A stretch of DNA of 64,000 nucleotides from Octopus vulgaris. Lineage: Eukaryota. Position numbers and translations under genes: made by a program. Under the pieces are notes generated by a model that ran no database searches, had not been told where the DNA came from, and saw nothing but the letters and a program-made list of their open reading frames with translations. Shown in pieces: positions 40,799-55,364 of this stretch. Location: positions 60,636,001 to 60,700,000 of the forward strand of contig OX597830.1 of the NCBI GenBank assembly GCA_951406725.2, written 5' to 3'. The stretch's first letter is position 1; every line of letters begins with the position of its first letter.

Positions 40799-40938
40799 TA
40801 TATATATATATATATATATCATATATAGATATATATATATATACATTATATATGTAATATATATATATATATACGTATATATACATATATGTATATATAT
40901 ATATACATATATATATATGATATATATGCACGTATATA

Positions 40939-41038
<100 letters not shown>

Positions 41039-41699
41039 ATATTCTAATATGTAGGCACAGACACACATTTACTTTCTCTGACTTCTAGCTACCACCTTCT
41101 CTGTGTAGTCGAAGATATCTATAACTTTATCAGAAGAAAGAGTTTGTCAATAGGGGCTCCACAATAACATTACAGGGCTCATTATGATCTACAGGGGTTC
41201 TTGGAGTATTTTTCTAACAGAAGACTTTGATATAGAAACAATTTTCTGCTCTACTTGTAGCGCCTGGGCTCCCTAAAAACGTACCAAAGTTTGCACAATT
41301 TTCTGTACCAGAACTCTTGCGACTATGGAAACAAAATAAGGTAGCTACTAGTGGGATCCTGCAAGTCAGCTATTTTACGCAATCTGTTTTTTTAGTACAT
41401 AGTAGAATTCTACAGAGTCCTCGTATGTGTGTAAGTGTGTGTTCGTATATATGTACGTGTGTAAGTGTGTGTTCGTATATATGTACGTGCACGCGCGTAT
41501 ATGTGTTTGTGTGTATTTAGATATCCGTCATAGATTTAATTGTGAGTGCGTGTGTTTGTGCTTATGCACGTGTCTATGCGTTTTTGTCTTGTGTATGTAT
41601 ACATACACGTATATAATATATATCTATATATATATACAGTGCATGTGTGTATGGCTATATATATATATATATGTGTGTGCGGATACGTACAGATATGGG

Positions 41700-41798
<99 letters not shown>

Positions 41799-42032
41799 TT
41801 AGAGATAAAACCACTATTAGGCAAATCAAACAGTGAAAAACATAAGCCAATACATAAAATTAATTTAAAAATATAAAAGTTATTAAAATAATTTAAACTT
41901 ATAAATTTTAAATATATATATACAAATATATATATATATGTATGTATGTATATTTTTATATTATTTTATTTATTTATTTAATTTTTTTTTTATAAATATC
42001 AAAAGTGTTAAAAGTTTAATAAAAGATAAAGA

Positions 42033-42090
<58 letters not shown>

Positions 42091-42559
42091 AACAGGACAG
42101 ATAAAATAGACAAACAGAAAAACTAACCGACCTATAGACAGAGACAGGTAAAAACGCAACAGGAGATAATAAAACATCCAGGCAGGTAGACGATACAAAG
42201 ACGGACAAGAAACAAGAATGGGTCAATCGTGGCCTTCTTTCGTCAGTCAAGTTACCAGGTGTCCTTACAGTTTCGGGCAGTTACACTTGAGACTGTTCGA
42301 TCTGGTTGCCCTCAGAAAAGTCTAAGCTAAGGTCATTAGATTTTTTGTAAGTACCAGTTGAGCATTGAGATCGATATAATCGACTTACCCTTTCCCCGAA
42401 ATTGCTGGCCTTGAGCCAAAATTTGAAATCAATAATATTAATTTAAAGTAGATGAACTGGTAGAAATTCGTTGAGTGTTAGTTCTATGTTAGTTCTATGT
42501 ATGCATGTATGTATGTATGTAAATACATACATACATAAATACAGACATGTGCGCATGTA

Positions 42560-42609
<50 letters not shown>

Positions 42610-42629
42610 TATATATACACATACACCAC

Positions 42630-42687
<58 letters not shown>

Positions 42688-42697
42688 TAGATAGATT

Positions 42698-42756
<59 letters not shown>

Positions 42757-42757
42757 T

Positions 42758-42859
<102 letters not shown>

Positions 42860-42881
42860 TAGATAGATTGATAGATAGATT

Positions 42882-42928
<47 letters not shown>

Positions 42929-42941
42929 TGATAGATAGATT

Positions 42942-43018
<77 letters not shown>

Positions 43019-43119
43019 GAGATTTTTAATGTATTTGGAAGGTCCTAATGAATGTTTTAGCAAAGCATTTGAAAATAACTACTCTTGTAATTAGGAGTAT
43101 ATAAATTATGAACAGTAAT

Positions 43120-43629
43120 TAATTGCAAATGATAGATAATTGATTAGAATTGTTAATCAGTTAACTCAAAGCTGGGGCATAAAATTCATAAAATTCATAT
43201 TAATTGTCTCAAGTGTTGACACAAGGCCAGCAATTTCAAGTCTGGACGATTTCATTGACTCCACAACTTGACAGATATTGTATTTTATCGACGCCGAAAG
43301 AATGGAAGGTAAGGTTGACATCGGCGGGATTTGAACTCAGAACGTTAATTGCAAATGATCATAATTGATTAGAATTGTTAATCAGTTAACTCAAATTTCT
43401 ACTAGCATAAAACTTCATAAAATTCATATTAATTGATCTCAAGTGTTGACACAAGGCCAGCAATTTCAGGGGAAGGGTCTCAATGCTCAACTGGTACTTA
43501 ATTTATCAACCCGGAAAGAATGAAAGGCAAAGTCGACCTCGGCTGTATTTGAACTCAGAACGTAAAGACGGACGAAATGCTGCTAAGAGTTTTCCCCGGC
43601 GTGCTAACGATTCTGCCAGCTCTCTGCCT
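43120..43629 (-). mobile_element. SINE family B copies within a ~226 bp tandem duplication
   Basis: 43120-43238 is repeated at 43346-43468. SINE B segments lie at 43215-43345 and 43445-43629. Confidence 0.85.
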
Positions 43630-43854
43630 TTTTTCTTATATTAATATTATTGATTTCTAACACTAAAGCTCACATTTTTAGAACACGTGACAATCTTCGA
43701 TTCCAGTACATAACTGGTGCTTATTTTAATTACCCTTGTTTACTTTAATTACCCTTGCAAACCCTGGGTGGTTTGGTAACTTAGAACATGTAGGGAATTA
43801 ACTAAACACTTTAAAACTTTTAATGCAAATCAACAAGGTTTCTTCCTACCGCCA

Positions 43855-44276
43855 CTCTCTTTACTCTCTTTTACTCTTTTACTTGTTTCAGTCATTTGAC
43901 TGCGTCCATGCTGAGACACCGCCTTTAGTCGAGCAAATCGACCCCGGAACTTATTCTTTGTAAGCCCAGTACTTATTCTATCGGTCTCTTTTTGCCGAAC
44001 TGCTAAGTGACGGGGACGTAAACACACCAGCATTGGTTGTCAAGCAATGCTAGGGGGGACAAACACAGACACACAAACATATACACACACACATATATAT
44101 ATACATATATACAACAGGCTTCTTTCAGTTTCCGTCTACCAAATCCACTCACTAGGCATTGGTCGGCCCGAGGCTATATGCAGAAGACACTTGCCCAAGA
44201 TGCCACGCAGTGGGACTGAACCCGGAACCATGTGGTTGGTTAGCAAGCTACTTACCACACAGCCGCTCCTACGCCT
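43855..44276 (-). mobile_element. SINE family A, full length
   Basis: High identity to the reverse complement of 23661-24070. Confidence 0.93.
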
Positions 44277-46038
44277 TCAAATTATTATATGGTACCAGCA
44301 ATATCTCTGAAATGCATTGGTTTTTTTTTTTTTTTTTTTTGAGTGGTGGAGAGTTAAACCATGAAACTGTTGGGACTTTATTTTATTAGATTCAAAGCTC
44401 AGTTGAACGGTTACTCTACATTATTTACTTGGTTCCAATCCAGCCATGTGCAGTTTTCTGTTATATGAAAATATGCATGCTGCACAGCGTGCCACATTTT
44501 GCAGCTGGGTGGTCACTTGTCACCTCCATTCAAGCATTCCCGACTCACTCGTCTCTCCTCTTCCTGCACTCGCCACTCAACCTAATCCTCCCTTCTCGGA
44601 AAGTGAGCCTCTGTAATTCTGTCTGTGCTTGTTTTCTTCTGCAGCCGTTGACTTGAAATTTACCCCACAATCTATCTGAAATCATGTTGTTTTGTCTCTA
44701 AAAAACAGAAATGGTGTCAGAATCCCCGAGATCTGGTGAGACCAACGCAATTAACGTCCATCGCAACGGGAATTAATTCTTTATATTCATTCATAAACTC
44801 TAATATATACTAATATAAATAATCGATATTTAAATATTAAAAACAGAAAATTCAGGGAAATAACAGAAAGTTAAACATATTATCGATGTTTCAGGCTTGT
44901 GAAGGTCTATTTTAATCTTGAAGGACATTACAACCAGTAATATTCAAATTTTTTTCCAATCGACTAGACATCCATTTTTGAAAAAAAAGAATTGTCCTTA
45001 CGCCTCGTGGAAAGAAATGTCTATGTCGGTCAAAAATTGAATATCCAGAACGCAATTACTTAACACGCCTAGACACTACTGACACATAAGCATCTGTGGC
45101 ATTTGTGATATTAGATATGGTCGTATACTTTTCAGAAGGAAAAGGACAGATAAAACAGACAAACAGAAAAACTAACCGACCTATAGACAGAGACAGGTAA
45201 ATCGTGAAAGAAAGAGAGAGAGAGAGAGCATAATAAATTGATGTTGGAGATTAAGATAGGGTCGAATAAAAATAGCAACATATAACCACAATGAAGCAGG
45301 AAATTAAAAATGGGGACATGAAATTATGTGATAAAGAAGTTATCAAACTCATCAATTCATCAATGGCGATATTACTATCGCTTCATTTCGTCTTTTAAGC
45401 GAGAACTCGTTAGATACCGGAAATGAATATGTTGAGGTCGTTGAAAACGTAGACAGGGTTAGTAACCCAGATAGACGTAGTATCTGAAGGTTAGGGGTTG
45501 GCCTCTACAGAAGTTATTAAACTGTGAATAAAGGTAGAGAAGTAGAAAGGACTGTAAAGGTTGATCCTTTTGTTTGTTTACATATTTAGGAGGAGAACAG
45601 GGGAACTGTGTACTTGTTCTTTCTGGTTTTGTTAGAGACTTGTTTGTCGTTGACAATGCTAGTGGTGGTGATGGTGCTGTGGGGGTGGGATGCTGGGGAT
45701 CGTCATGGTGGAGATTCTGGTAAATGTGAGAAATAAGTGGTGAATTTGGGTTTCGTGGAGATGGGGAAGACAATAATAACTATGACAACGACGATGAAGA
45801 CATAAGGAGGAAGAGGAGCAGCAGCAGCAGCAGCAGTTTTGTGGTTGACGAGATTTGAGCGCTTGTTCTCCATTTTGTTTGAAGGTGGGTGAGCTCCAAT
45901 TGTCAGACCGTTCATTTGCTGTCATCATTCGCTGGGCAAAGGATGGGGTTTGCCGTCGCTAATGATGCACCCATACGACACTTCCAACCGCTAACTCTAC
46001 TAACCCTTATATATATATACATATGTGTGTGTGTGTGT

Positions 46039-46273
46039 ATCACCGTGACCGACCAGGCTCTCAGATGTTGTTACACACCGCTGGTCACAATGCGCTTCGC
46101 ATTGTTTTGGCCTTCAAATGACGCCACCCCGCTGGCTAAGCGAGCAGGCCAACAGAAGGAAGAGTGAGAGAAAGTTGTGGCGAAAGAGTACAGCCGGGAT
46201 CGCCACCACCTCCTGCCGGTCTGGGAATCGAAACCGCGATCCTACGACCACGAGCCCGCTGCCCATTGCGCTT

Positions 46274-46278
<5 letters not shown>
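46039..46278 (-). mobile_element. SINE family C variant with an RTE-like tail
   Basis: Shares the gtggaagc head and ctctttcgccacaactttctctcactctt body with 15820-16101. The tail resembles 51743-51800. Confidence 0.85.
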
Positions 46279-46348
<70 letters not shown>

Positions 46349-46395
46349 TACATACATACATACATACATACATACATACATACATACATACATAC

Positions 46396-46498
<103 letters not shown>

Positions 46499-46685
46499 TT
46501 GTTTCCCCTACATGGAAGTGATTCCATTGAGCATTTTTAAAGTTTGGTAAAGTGGTTTTTGTCTTCATCGTTATGTAATTTTACGTTGACGAATAAGTGG
46601 TCGCAAGGATGGTTTACCTGCCTTGTATAAGAACCACGACTGAAAAAAGAGAAGATATTGTCTACGGAAGAACTGTTGTAGTTAT

Positions 46686-46944
46686 CTTTTATCTTTTATC
46701 TTATACTTGTTTCAGTCATTAGGACTGCGGCCATGCTGGAGCACCGTCTTGGAGAATTTTTAGTCGAATTACTCAATCCCAGTACATATTCTTTTGTAAA
46801 GCCTGGTACTTATTCTATCGTTCGCTTTTGCCGAACGGCTATTTAACGGGAACGTAAACACATCACCACCGGTTGTCAAGCGGTTATGGGGTGACGAATA
46901 CAAACACAGACACACGCGCATAGATACTCGCGTGCGCACGCACG

Positions 46945-46989
<45 letters not shown>

Positions 46990-47439
46990 ACACACATATA
47001 TATATATATATAGTTGAAATTTATAGTAAACAAAAGATGAATGAAGGTGTAGGAAGAAGCAGGTGAGTTAGTTTGACGCTCGGGAAAATGAAAAATGAAA
47101 ATGTTTTTTCTACGTTTATCGCCTACGCTCTTCAACAGAAAGGAATAAGAGAAAATCAACAGAGAGAGAATGAAAAACTGAAAAAGAATATATACGGCGA
47201 GCTTCTTTCAGTTTCCGACTACCAAATCCACTCACAAGACTTTGGCCGGCCCGATGTTAAAAAAAAAATTTAACCCTTAGAAAACTATACGAGGAAACCT
47301 TCCGACATTTGGGCCCATTAGATTTGTGTTCGTAACATCTGTAGAAGACACTTGCCGAAGGTTCCGTGCAATGAGACTGAACCCGGAACCATGTAGTTGG
47401 GAAGCAAACTTCTTACCACACAGCCACACCAGCGCCTAT
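46686..47439 (-). mobile_element. SINE family A interrupted by nested insertions
   Basis: Tail half 46686-46915, head half 47190-47439. An H1 unit sits at 47022-47185 inside its internal microsatellite. Confidence 0.85.
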
Positions 47440-47497
47440 ATTTGTGTGTTCTTGTGAATTTTTGTGAAATTTATCGGGAATTTTTGCAATTCATGAT

Positions 47498-47711
47498 ACT
47501 CTCTCTTTTACTCTTTTACTTGTTTCAGTCATTTGACTGCGGCCATGCTGGAGCACCGCTTTTAGTTGAGCAAATCGACCCCAGGACTTATTCTTTGTAA
47601 GCCCAGTACTTATTCTATCGGTCTCTTTTGCCGAACCGCTAAGTGACGGGGACGTAAACACACCAGCATCGGTTGTCAAGCAATGCTAAGTGGACAAACA
47701 CAGACACACAA

Positions 47712-47784
<73 letters not shown>

Positions 47785-47947
47785 TACGACAGGCTTCTTT
47801 CAGTTTCCGTCTACCAAATCCACTTACAAGGCATTGGTCGGCCCGGGGCTATAGCAGAAGACACCAAGATACCACGCAGTGGGACTGAACCCGGAACCAC
47901 GTGGTTGGTTAGCAAGCTACTTACCACACAGCCACTCCTGCGCCTAT
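47498..47947 (-). mobile_element. SINE family A, full length
   Basis: High identity to the other full-length copies. Confidence 0.93.
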
Positions 47948-49018
47948 GTCTATTAATGTCTATTAATAATCGAGTGTTGTGTCTAACACTTGTGTACTCA
48001 ATTCGTCGTTTTATCGATGTTATGTGGTCATTGAGGTTTAAACAGTTTAGTGTAACGGTAATGATGAGGAGGATAAAAAGGAGAAGGGAGAGGATATGGT
48101 ATGAGGACCAATGGAAGTCAAGAACAACGAGGATAATGGCAATAATGGTTATGGTTTCGACTGTAAACACCTATCGCTATGTAAGTTGTTTTTCGCTTCA
48201 GTAACTGTATTAATAGCAAAGCCAATCGCCCTCATTTGTATGTACGATATCATTGCACAGAGACAAACCCAACCAGCGTTTTACGCATGATAGTACGCAC
48301 ATCTAAATGGACGGTTGAATAACGGTATTACTTTAGCAAGGACGAGATGTTGGTAGTGAGAGATATTAAAGAACAAGTTCCCAGAAAATCGTTTGGCTCT
48401 AGAATTTGCAACGGTAATCACTGAGAAGAGAAGGTGTGAAGTGAACGGTTTAGTTTAGTTGGTGGGTAGTTTGTATCGTTCTTCCGATGATAAGGATAAA
48501 TTCTTGCGAAGAAACAAAAATTGCAGAGCTTGGTTAGTACATGAGCAATCTCTAGAGCGGGTTGTTTGCAAGTGATGGAAAGAAAATCATCAGAACAGGT
48601 CACCCAGCTAAAACCCAGTGTGTTATGTAATATAAACATGTTCATTTCCTGAGTATAAGAAGGCCTTAGTTTTGTCTATGTGTATCATTGGACATATAGA
48701 TGAGCGGCGAATCCTCAATAAGGTCACTTGACTTGTAAGACAGTGCTAACTCTTCCTCAAGATGCATATCTTAAAATGGATGAAGGACACATTATGAAAA
48801 TGTGTCTCGAAAACAACAAAAAGAAAAGATGGTGTAGCCATGGCTGTAAAAACATAGGAAGATTACCTCACACGTGAAATGACGTGATTTCCGCACGGCA
48901 TCTTGGATTACTGTGAATGTTGACCGTGGCACATATATTTCTTCTTCTTCTTCTTCTTCTTCTTCTTCTTCTTCTTCTTCTTCTTCAGAAGAAGAAGAAG
49001 AAGAAGAAGAAGAAGAAG

Positions 49019-49051
<33 letters not shown>

Positions 49052-50031
49052 AACAACAACAACGACGACGACGAAAACGACAGCAACAACAACAATCTAA
49101 GCGTTGTGGAAAATGTTTTAACATTTCAAGAAATTTGAGAAATCTCAAATCTTTGATATATGTACGTGTGTGTATGTGTGTATGTGTGTATGTGTGTGTG
49201 TGAGCGTGTGTATGTGTGTGTCTGTGTGTATGCATATATTTGTGTGTGTGTATATCTATAGATAGATATGTATATACATAAACATACACACATGTACATA
49301 CCTACGTAGACATCCATCGATCCAGCCCATACATCTATCCATACATACATGCATACATACATACATACATAAATACATACACACATACATACATACGTAC
49401 ATACACACATACATACATACATACATACATACACACATACACACATACATACATACATACATACATACATACACACATACATACACACATACATACATAC
49501 ACACATACATACACACACACACACATACATACATACATACATACATACATACATACATACATACATACACACATACATACATACATACATACACACATAC
49601 ATACATACATACATACATACATACATACATACACACATACATACACACATACACGCATTTATGCCTCGTGTATTAATGATTCCTGTTGGATTTCCACCCC
49701 TCTCCGCCAACCCGATCCGCCGCACCACTCACGGCTTGGCTAATTTATGGCTATAATTAGGTTTTATATCTGCAATATTGGCGACATCGAGATTTCCAAT
49801 GTCGTTACAACCAACTTTTTGGCAGGGAACTAATTAAAACTGAAACTTTATTTCCTCTCTCTTTCTCTACCAATCTCTCTCTCTCCCTCTTTCTCACTCT
49901 CCCCCTCTCTCTCTCCCCTCTTTATCTCTCTCCTCCTCTTTCTCTCTCCCCCTCTCTCTCTTTCTGTATTTCTTTGATATATATATATAATTTATTTATT
50001 TATTTATATAAATATTTAATCTATTTAAATC

Positions 50032-50062
<31 letters not shown>

Positions 50063-50282
50063 GCGTGTGTGTGCATGCATATATATATATGTATATATGA
50101 TATATATATATACATTATATATATATATATATATATGTGTGTATATACATATATATATATATATATATATACATGTATATATATATGTGTGTATATATAT
50201 ATATATCATATATATATACATGTATATATATGTGTGTATATATATATATATACATATATATATACATGTATATATATGTGTG

Positions 50283-50344
<62 letters not shown>

Positions 50345-50347
50345 ATA

Positions 50348-50412
<65 letters not shown>

Positions 50413-50413
50413 A

Positions 50414-50459
<46 letters not shown>

Positions 50460-50584
50460 GCAAATATCTTTTCCAGTGTATACGCGCGCATGTGTTTACT
50501 GATATATAAATATATGTGAATGCATATACGCATATGCTTATGCATAACTGTATTTACGTGTAAGACTCATTTACTCTCTCTCCT

Positions 50585-50642
<58 letters not shown>

Positions 50643-51029
50643 CGCAGATATACACTGACAGCATATGTATTATGAAGTACATTAGCATCGTTGCATTTGC
50701 AAAGTGATTTATTCACCCAAACACATGCCACACTATGTGTCCCTATCTGCGAGCGAGCGAGCGAGCATACATCTCTGCCCAAACGCACGCATAACATTCA
50801 ACCGCATACATACACAGAACTAACTCTATATCGATTTCATATTTACCACATACATGTCACTTTATCTATCTATTTATCTTTTTAGTCAAATATTTTAAAA
50901 TGTATCTCTTCCGGATTTTTATGTCTGCTCCTTTTCTATATATATATATATATATACATAAATGTTGGCATATATGCATGTATATATGTGTGTTTGTATG
51001 TGTGTGTTTGTGTGTGCTTGTGTATGCGC

Positions 51030-51076
<47 letters not shown>

Positions 51077-51175
51077 TTTATACATACATACATATGTGTA
51101 TGTGTGTGTATGTAAGTATGCATAAATATATACATCCATAGAAAAATATATATATGCATAAATATATAAATACAT

Positions 51176-51495
51176 ATAGGCGCAGGCTTGGCTGTGTGGC
51201 AAGAAGCTTGCTTCCAAACAACATGGTTCCGGGTTCAGCCCCACTGCGTGGCACCTTGGACAATCTCTTCTACTGTAACCTAAGGCCAACTAAAGCCCTG
51301 AGAGTGGATTTGGATTTGGTGGAGGGAAACTGAAAGAAGCCCGTCGTATGTGTGTGCGTGTGTATGTATGCATGCATGCATGTGTATATGTAAGTATGAG
51401 TGTGTCTATGTTTGACCCTACCATCACTTGACAACCGATGTTGGTATGCTTACGTCCCCGTAGTCAAATAGCTGAAACAAGTAAAAGAATAAAGG
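51176..51495 (+). mobile_element. SINE family A, internally deleted
   Basis: Intact head; the 3' half jumps from acgtccccgt to agtcaaatagctgaaacaagtaaaag. Confidence 0.88.
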
Positions 51496-51496
51496 A

Positions 51497-51566
<70 letters not shown>

Positions 51567-51568
<2 letters not shown>

Positions 51569-51804
51569 TGCGGGAGCAACTGTCGAAGGCACATATTGTC
51601 GTGGATTGCTCGAAATGTGGTACCCGCGTGAGCGGAAAAGACCACCCGGAAGACCTCCACGACGGTGGAGTGACGATTTCAAGAGGACGATTGGGATCAC
51701 GTGGATGAGAAAGGCGCGATCCAGAGAGGAGTGGACAGCGTGCTGTGACCAGCGGTGTCAAATGGACGCCTGACGGACTGGTCGGTCAAAGTGATCAAAG
51801 TGAA

Positions 51805-51808
<4 letters not shown>
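51567..51808 (+). mobile_element. RTE-clade LINE 3' end
   Basis: WYPRERKRPPGRPPRRWSDDF...WMRKARSREEW C-terminus and an (aagtg)n-like tail. Confidence 0.88.
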
Positions 51809-51860
<52 letters not shown>

Positions 51861-52149
51861 GTGACTCCAGCGTTACTCCAGCTCATGACAGATTTCGCAT
51901 AAGCCACGTGCTTGTTCGAAGAATTTCACGTTTTTACGCAATATTTTTGCCCCAAATGGCTTGCATTTTTTTATATCTAACACTTGTCTTTCTCCATTTC
52001 TAAGTTAAGAGTAAAAATAAAGCAATTCTGCAAAACACAACTGATCTTTGCACACAGACGTACAGAACAACACCAATCAAATAACGACAGCAGAGTGCAC
52101 AACAAACATCACCTATCTATCGTCTGTACATTTGATAAGCTGGGGCAAA

Positions 52150-52430
52150 AACGAAACAATTGCCCCAGCTCCCTTTCAGGGTTGGTGAAAGCGATGTGGT
52201 GGACAACGAAAAACCTGGCTGATGACAGTCAAAGCTGATCTGGAACCCAACCTAGGCCCCCCATATCTACGACGTTCGCCGCTGGAATAAGGAGTGGTTG
52301 GAAATCACGCGGTCGTTAGCTTCAAATCGCCAGGTCTGGTCGGCGTTTGTGAGAGATGCAGCATTGAGGATGAATGAAGCCAGCTTAACCCACCCCGGGT
52401 GAATGCTGTCTCAAGTCAAGAAGTCAAGAC
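52150..52430 (+). mobile_element. RTE-clade LINE 3' end (second family)
   Basis: GW*KRCGGQRKTWLMTVKADLEP...RRWNKEWLEITRSLASNRQVWSAFVRDA and a (caagt)n-like tail. Confidence 0.85.
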
Positions 52431-52896
52431 AAAGACATTTAATAAGAGATGTCAGTTAACCTTTTATACTTAACAGGTTCCTTCGTATTGGCCCAAGTTG
52501 CTGGATAATTTTTCGCTCCTTTAAGAATATTTTAGAACGGAAACTTTTTATAGATTGAAATTTAAATTCTAATCTCTATAGAAATTTGTTTTTTCAAGAA
52601 AACATTGAATTTGAATTACTTTTATTATTTACGACTATAGATAACAACTCGGGCTGTAACTTCTGAGCCCGAGTCAGGCGCATGTGAGCGATATCGAGAA
52701 AACATCTGCTACGAATGGTATTTTTTGACATTGGGCACCTCTAAGACACTGAACGAAAATAAATAAACTGCGACCAAGCTCAATAAAAGGATCCCGAGTT
52801 ATTGGCTGAAATTACATACTTGAAGTCAGTATTAGCAGAAATTAAATCAACTTGCAAATACACGTTCACTTTACTAATTTAATACTCGGGCTTTAC

Positions 52897-52954
<58 letters not shown>

Positions 52955-53109
52955 CAAAATAAGCAACAAGTATATCCGAGGTCATGTGGTACAATCGTTT
53001 CATGCTACTTCATTTTATTAAACACTGTAAGTATTACATCAGTTTTAAAATGTTGAGCATTCTCTGTCTGTATATCTACCCTCTTGTTCTGTGAGTGTAT
53101 GTGTGTGTA

Positions 53110-53170
<61 letters not shown>

Positions 53171-54165
53171 GTGTGTGTGTGTAGTTCATTACATTGGCTC
53201 CTTGATGAAAGTGAAGCAGCGAGAAGTGTGTGGTGAATATAGCAGAGTGAGTGTAATGAAGTCTAGAATTTTCATATTTGCATTCACATTTGTAAATCCA
53301 GTTGATTACTGGTAGTTAACAGCTTCACAGCTTCTTATCATTGACAAATCACGTCTGTGATTTGTCAATAATAAGAATGCTCCTTCTAATTAAAAAACCT
53401 AATAATTATTAAAAGTCTTATTAATCTTCTTCATATGTGTGTACAGAATTGAAGAATATTTTCAAACTAACGGATTTTTTTCAGCATCCACGGGTTGTAA
53501 GCTGCCGATTAGTCATAGACTTCTACCAGATCTTAAAGTTTCTAACAGATATATCAATCATGAGGAAAAAAGTGACAACCAAAATTTGCTCAAATATTCT
53601 CTTAAAATGAAAGAATGCATAAAAATAATATAGTCTTAGAATGTCATAAAATTTATCGTCTGGAATGGGGTTTTTTTTTTGCTCTATTTTGATTAGAGTT
53701 GTTCTATAGTTAAACAACAACAATAAGAGCAGCGATATCAACAACAACAACAACAACATCAGCAACATCCTAATATCAGGTGTATAGGAAGGAACATTAA
53801 TTTAATCCAATGAAACATACATAAAGACTGTCTTCAATGTGGAAGACTGTTATTCTTTTATGACATTTAATCAATAAAGTAAACTTACTTTAGTGAATTA
53901 ATTAGATGTGGAATGTATAAACGCACACATATACATGCAGACAAACGTACACTCAAGCTTACACACACTACATATATACATTTAAATACACACGCGCATA
54001 CATATATATACATGTATGTGGATATATACCTACCGATATACACACACATATGCACACTCGTATATACATATATATATACATACAAACATACATACATACA
54101 TACATACATACATACATACGAACATACATACATACATACAAACACTCACACATACATATGAACAA

Positions 54166-54227
<62 letters not shown>

Positions 54228-54734
54228 ATAGTAATGCAATACGAGAGTATTACTTTCCAGTAAAGGATAGCCCGTGAGGGTAAAATTATACATATAAAAG
54301 TAAATAAATGGCACAACGAAGCACCGATATTTACTGGAAAATAGCGAACGTAATAAATACGACGCTAATGTATAGCTTCACTGCGTATGTACTAGTAAAG
54401 ATGCGTGTGTGTATGGTTATTATATTGAAACGTATTTGTGTTCTGATTTAAGTTGTGTTATACTTGAAACAGATTTTGTTTAATTAATGACGGACTGCCA
54501 AAAGCAGAAATATACGAACTAGGCTATCGACCATGGTGCCAGCCTAATTCATGACTCCTTTATAATACAGCTGAATGATCTATACCAGTGAAGGACACAT
54601 TTTCTCTGGAGTACTTTTTTTCCCTGGAGAGCGACCAACAAACCGGGAAACGATCCGTCAAGTGATTCTCTCCCTTATTTTGCAACACATCAATATGTGT
54701 TCACCAACTTATTTAACCCATAATGAGTCGGTAT

Positions 54735-54799
<65 letters not shown>

Positions 54800-54899
54800 T
54801 GTGTTTATATGTGTATATGTGTACGTGCGTAAAACAAAACTGGAGGTTCGTAAATTATTGAACTACATTATCTCACACGAGTCAGAGATTCGTACTGAA

Positions 54900-55322
54900 T
54901 ATGCGCAGGAGTGGCTGTTTGGTAAGTAGCTTGCTAACCAACCACATGGTTCCGGGTTCAGTCCTACTGCGTGGCATCTTGGGCAAGTGTCTTCTGCTAT
55001 AGCCCCGGGCCGACCAATGCCTTGTGAGTGGATTTGGTAGACGGAAACTGAAAGAAGCCTGTCGTATATATGTATTTATTTATATGTATGTTTGTGTGTC
55101 TGTGTTTGTTCCCCTAGCATTGCTTGACAACCGATGCTGGTGTGTTTACGTCCCCGTAACTTAGCTGTTCGGCAAAAGAGACCGATAGAATAAGTACTGG
55201 GCTTACAAAGAATAAATCCCGGGGTCGATTTGCTCGATTAAAGGCGGTGCTCCAGCATGGCCGCAGTCAAATGACTGAAACAAGTAAAAAGAGTAAAAAA
55301 AAGAGAAAAAGAGTAAAAAAGA

Positions 55323-55325
<3 letters not shown>
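54900..55325 (+). mobile_element. SINE family A, full length
   Basis: High identity to 23661-24070. Confidence 0.93.

Positions 55326-55364
<39 letters not shown>

Noticed and set aside
44420-44660. Possible piggyBac C-terminal remnant, or a 42-nt GT-AG mini-intron
   Set aside because: Similarity is limited to an HFP motif and scattered Cys residues with stops. The intron is too short and unsupported.
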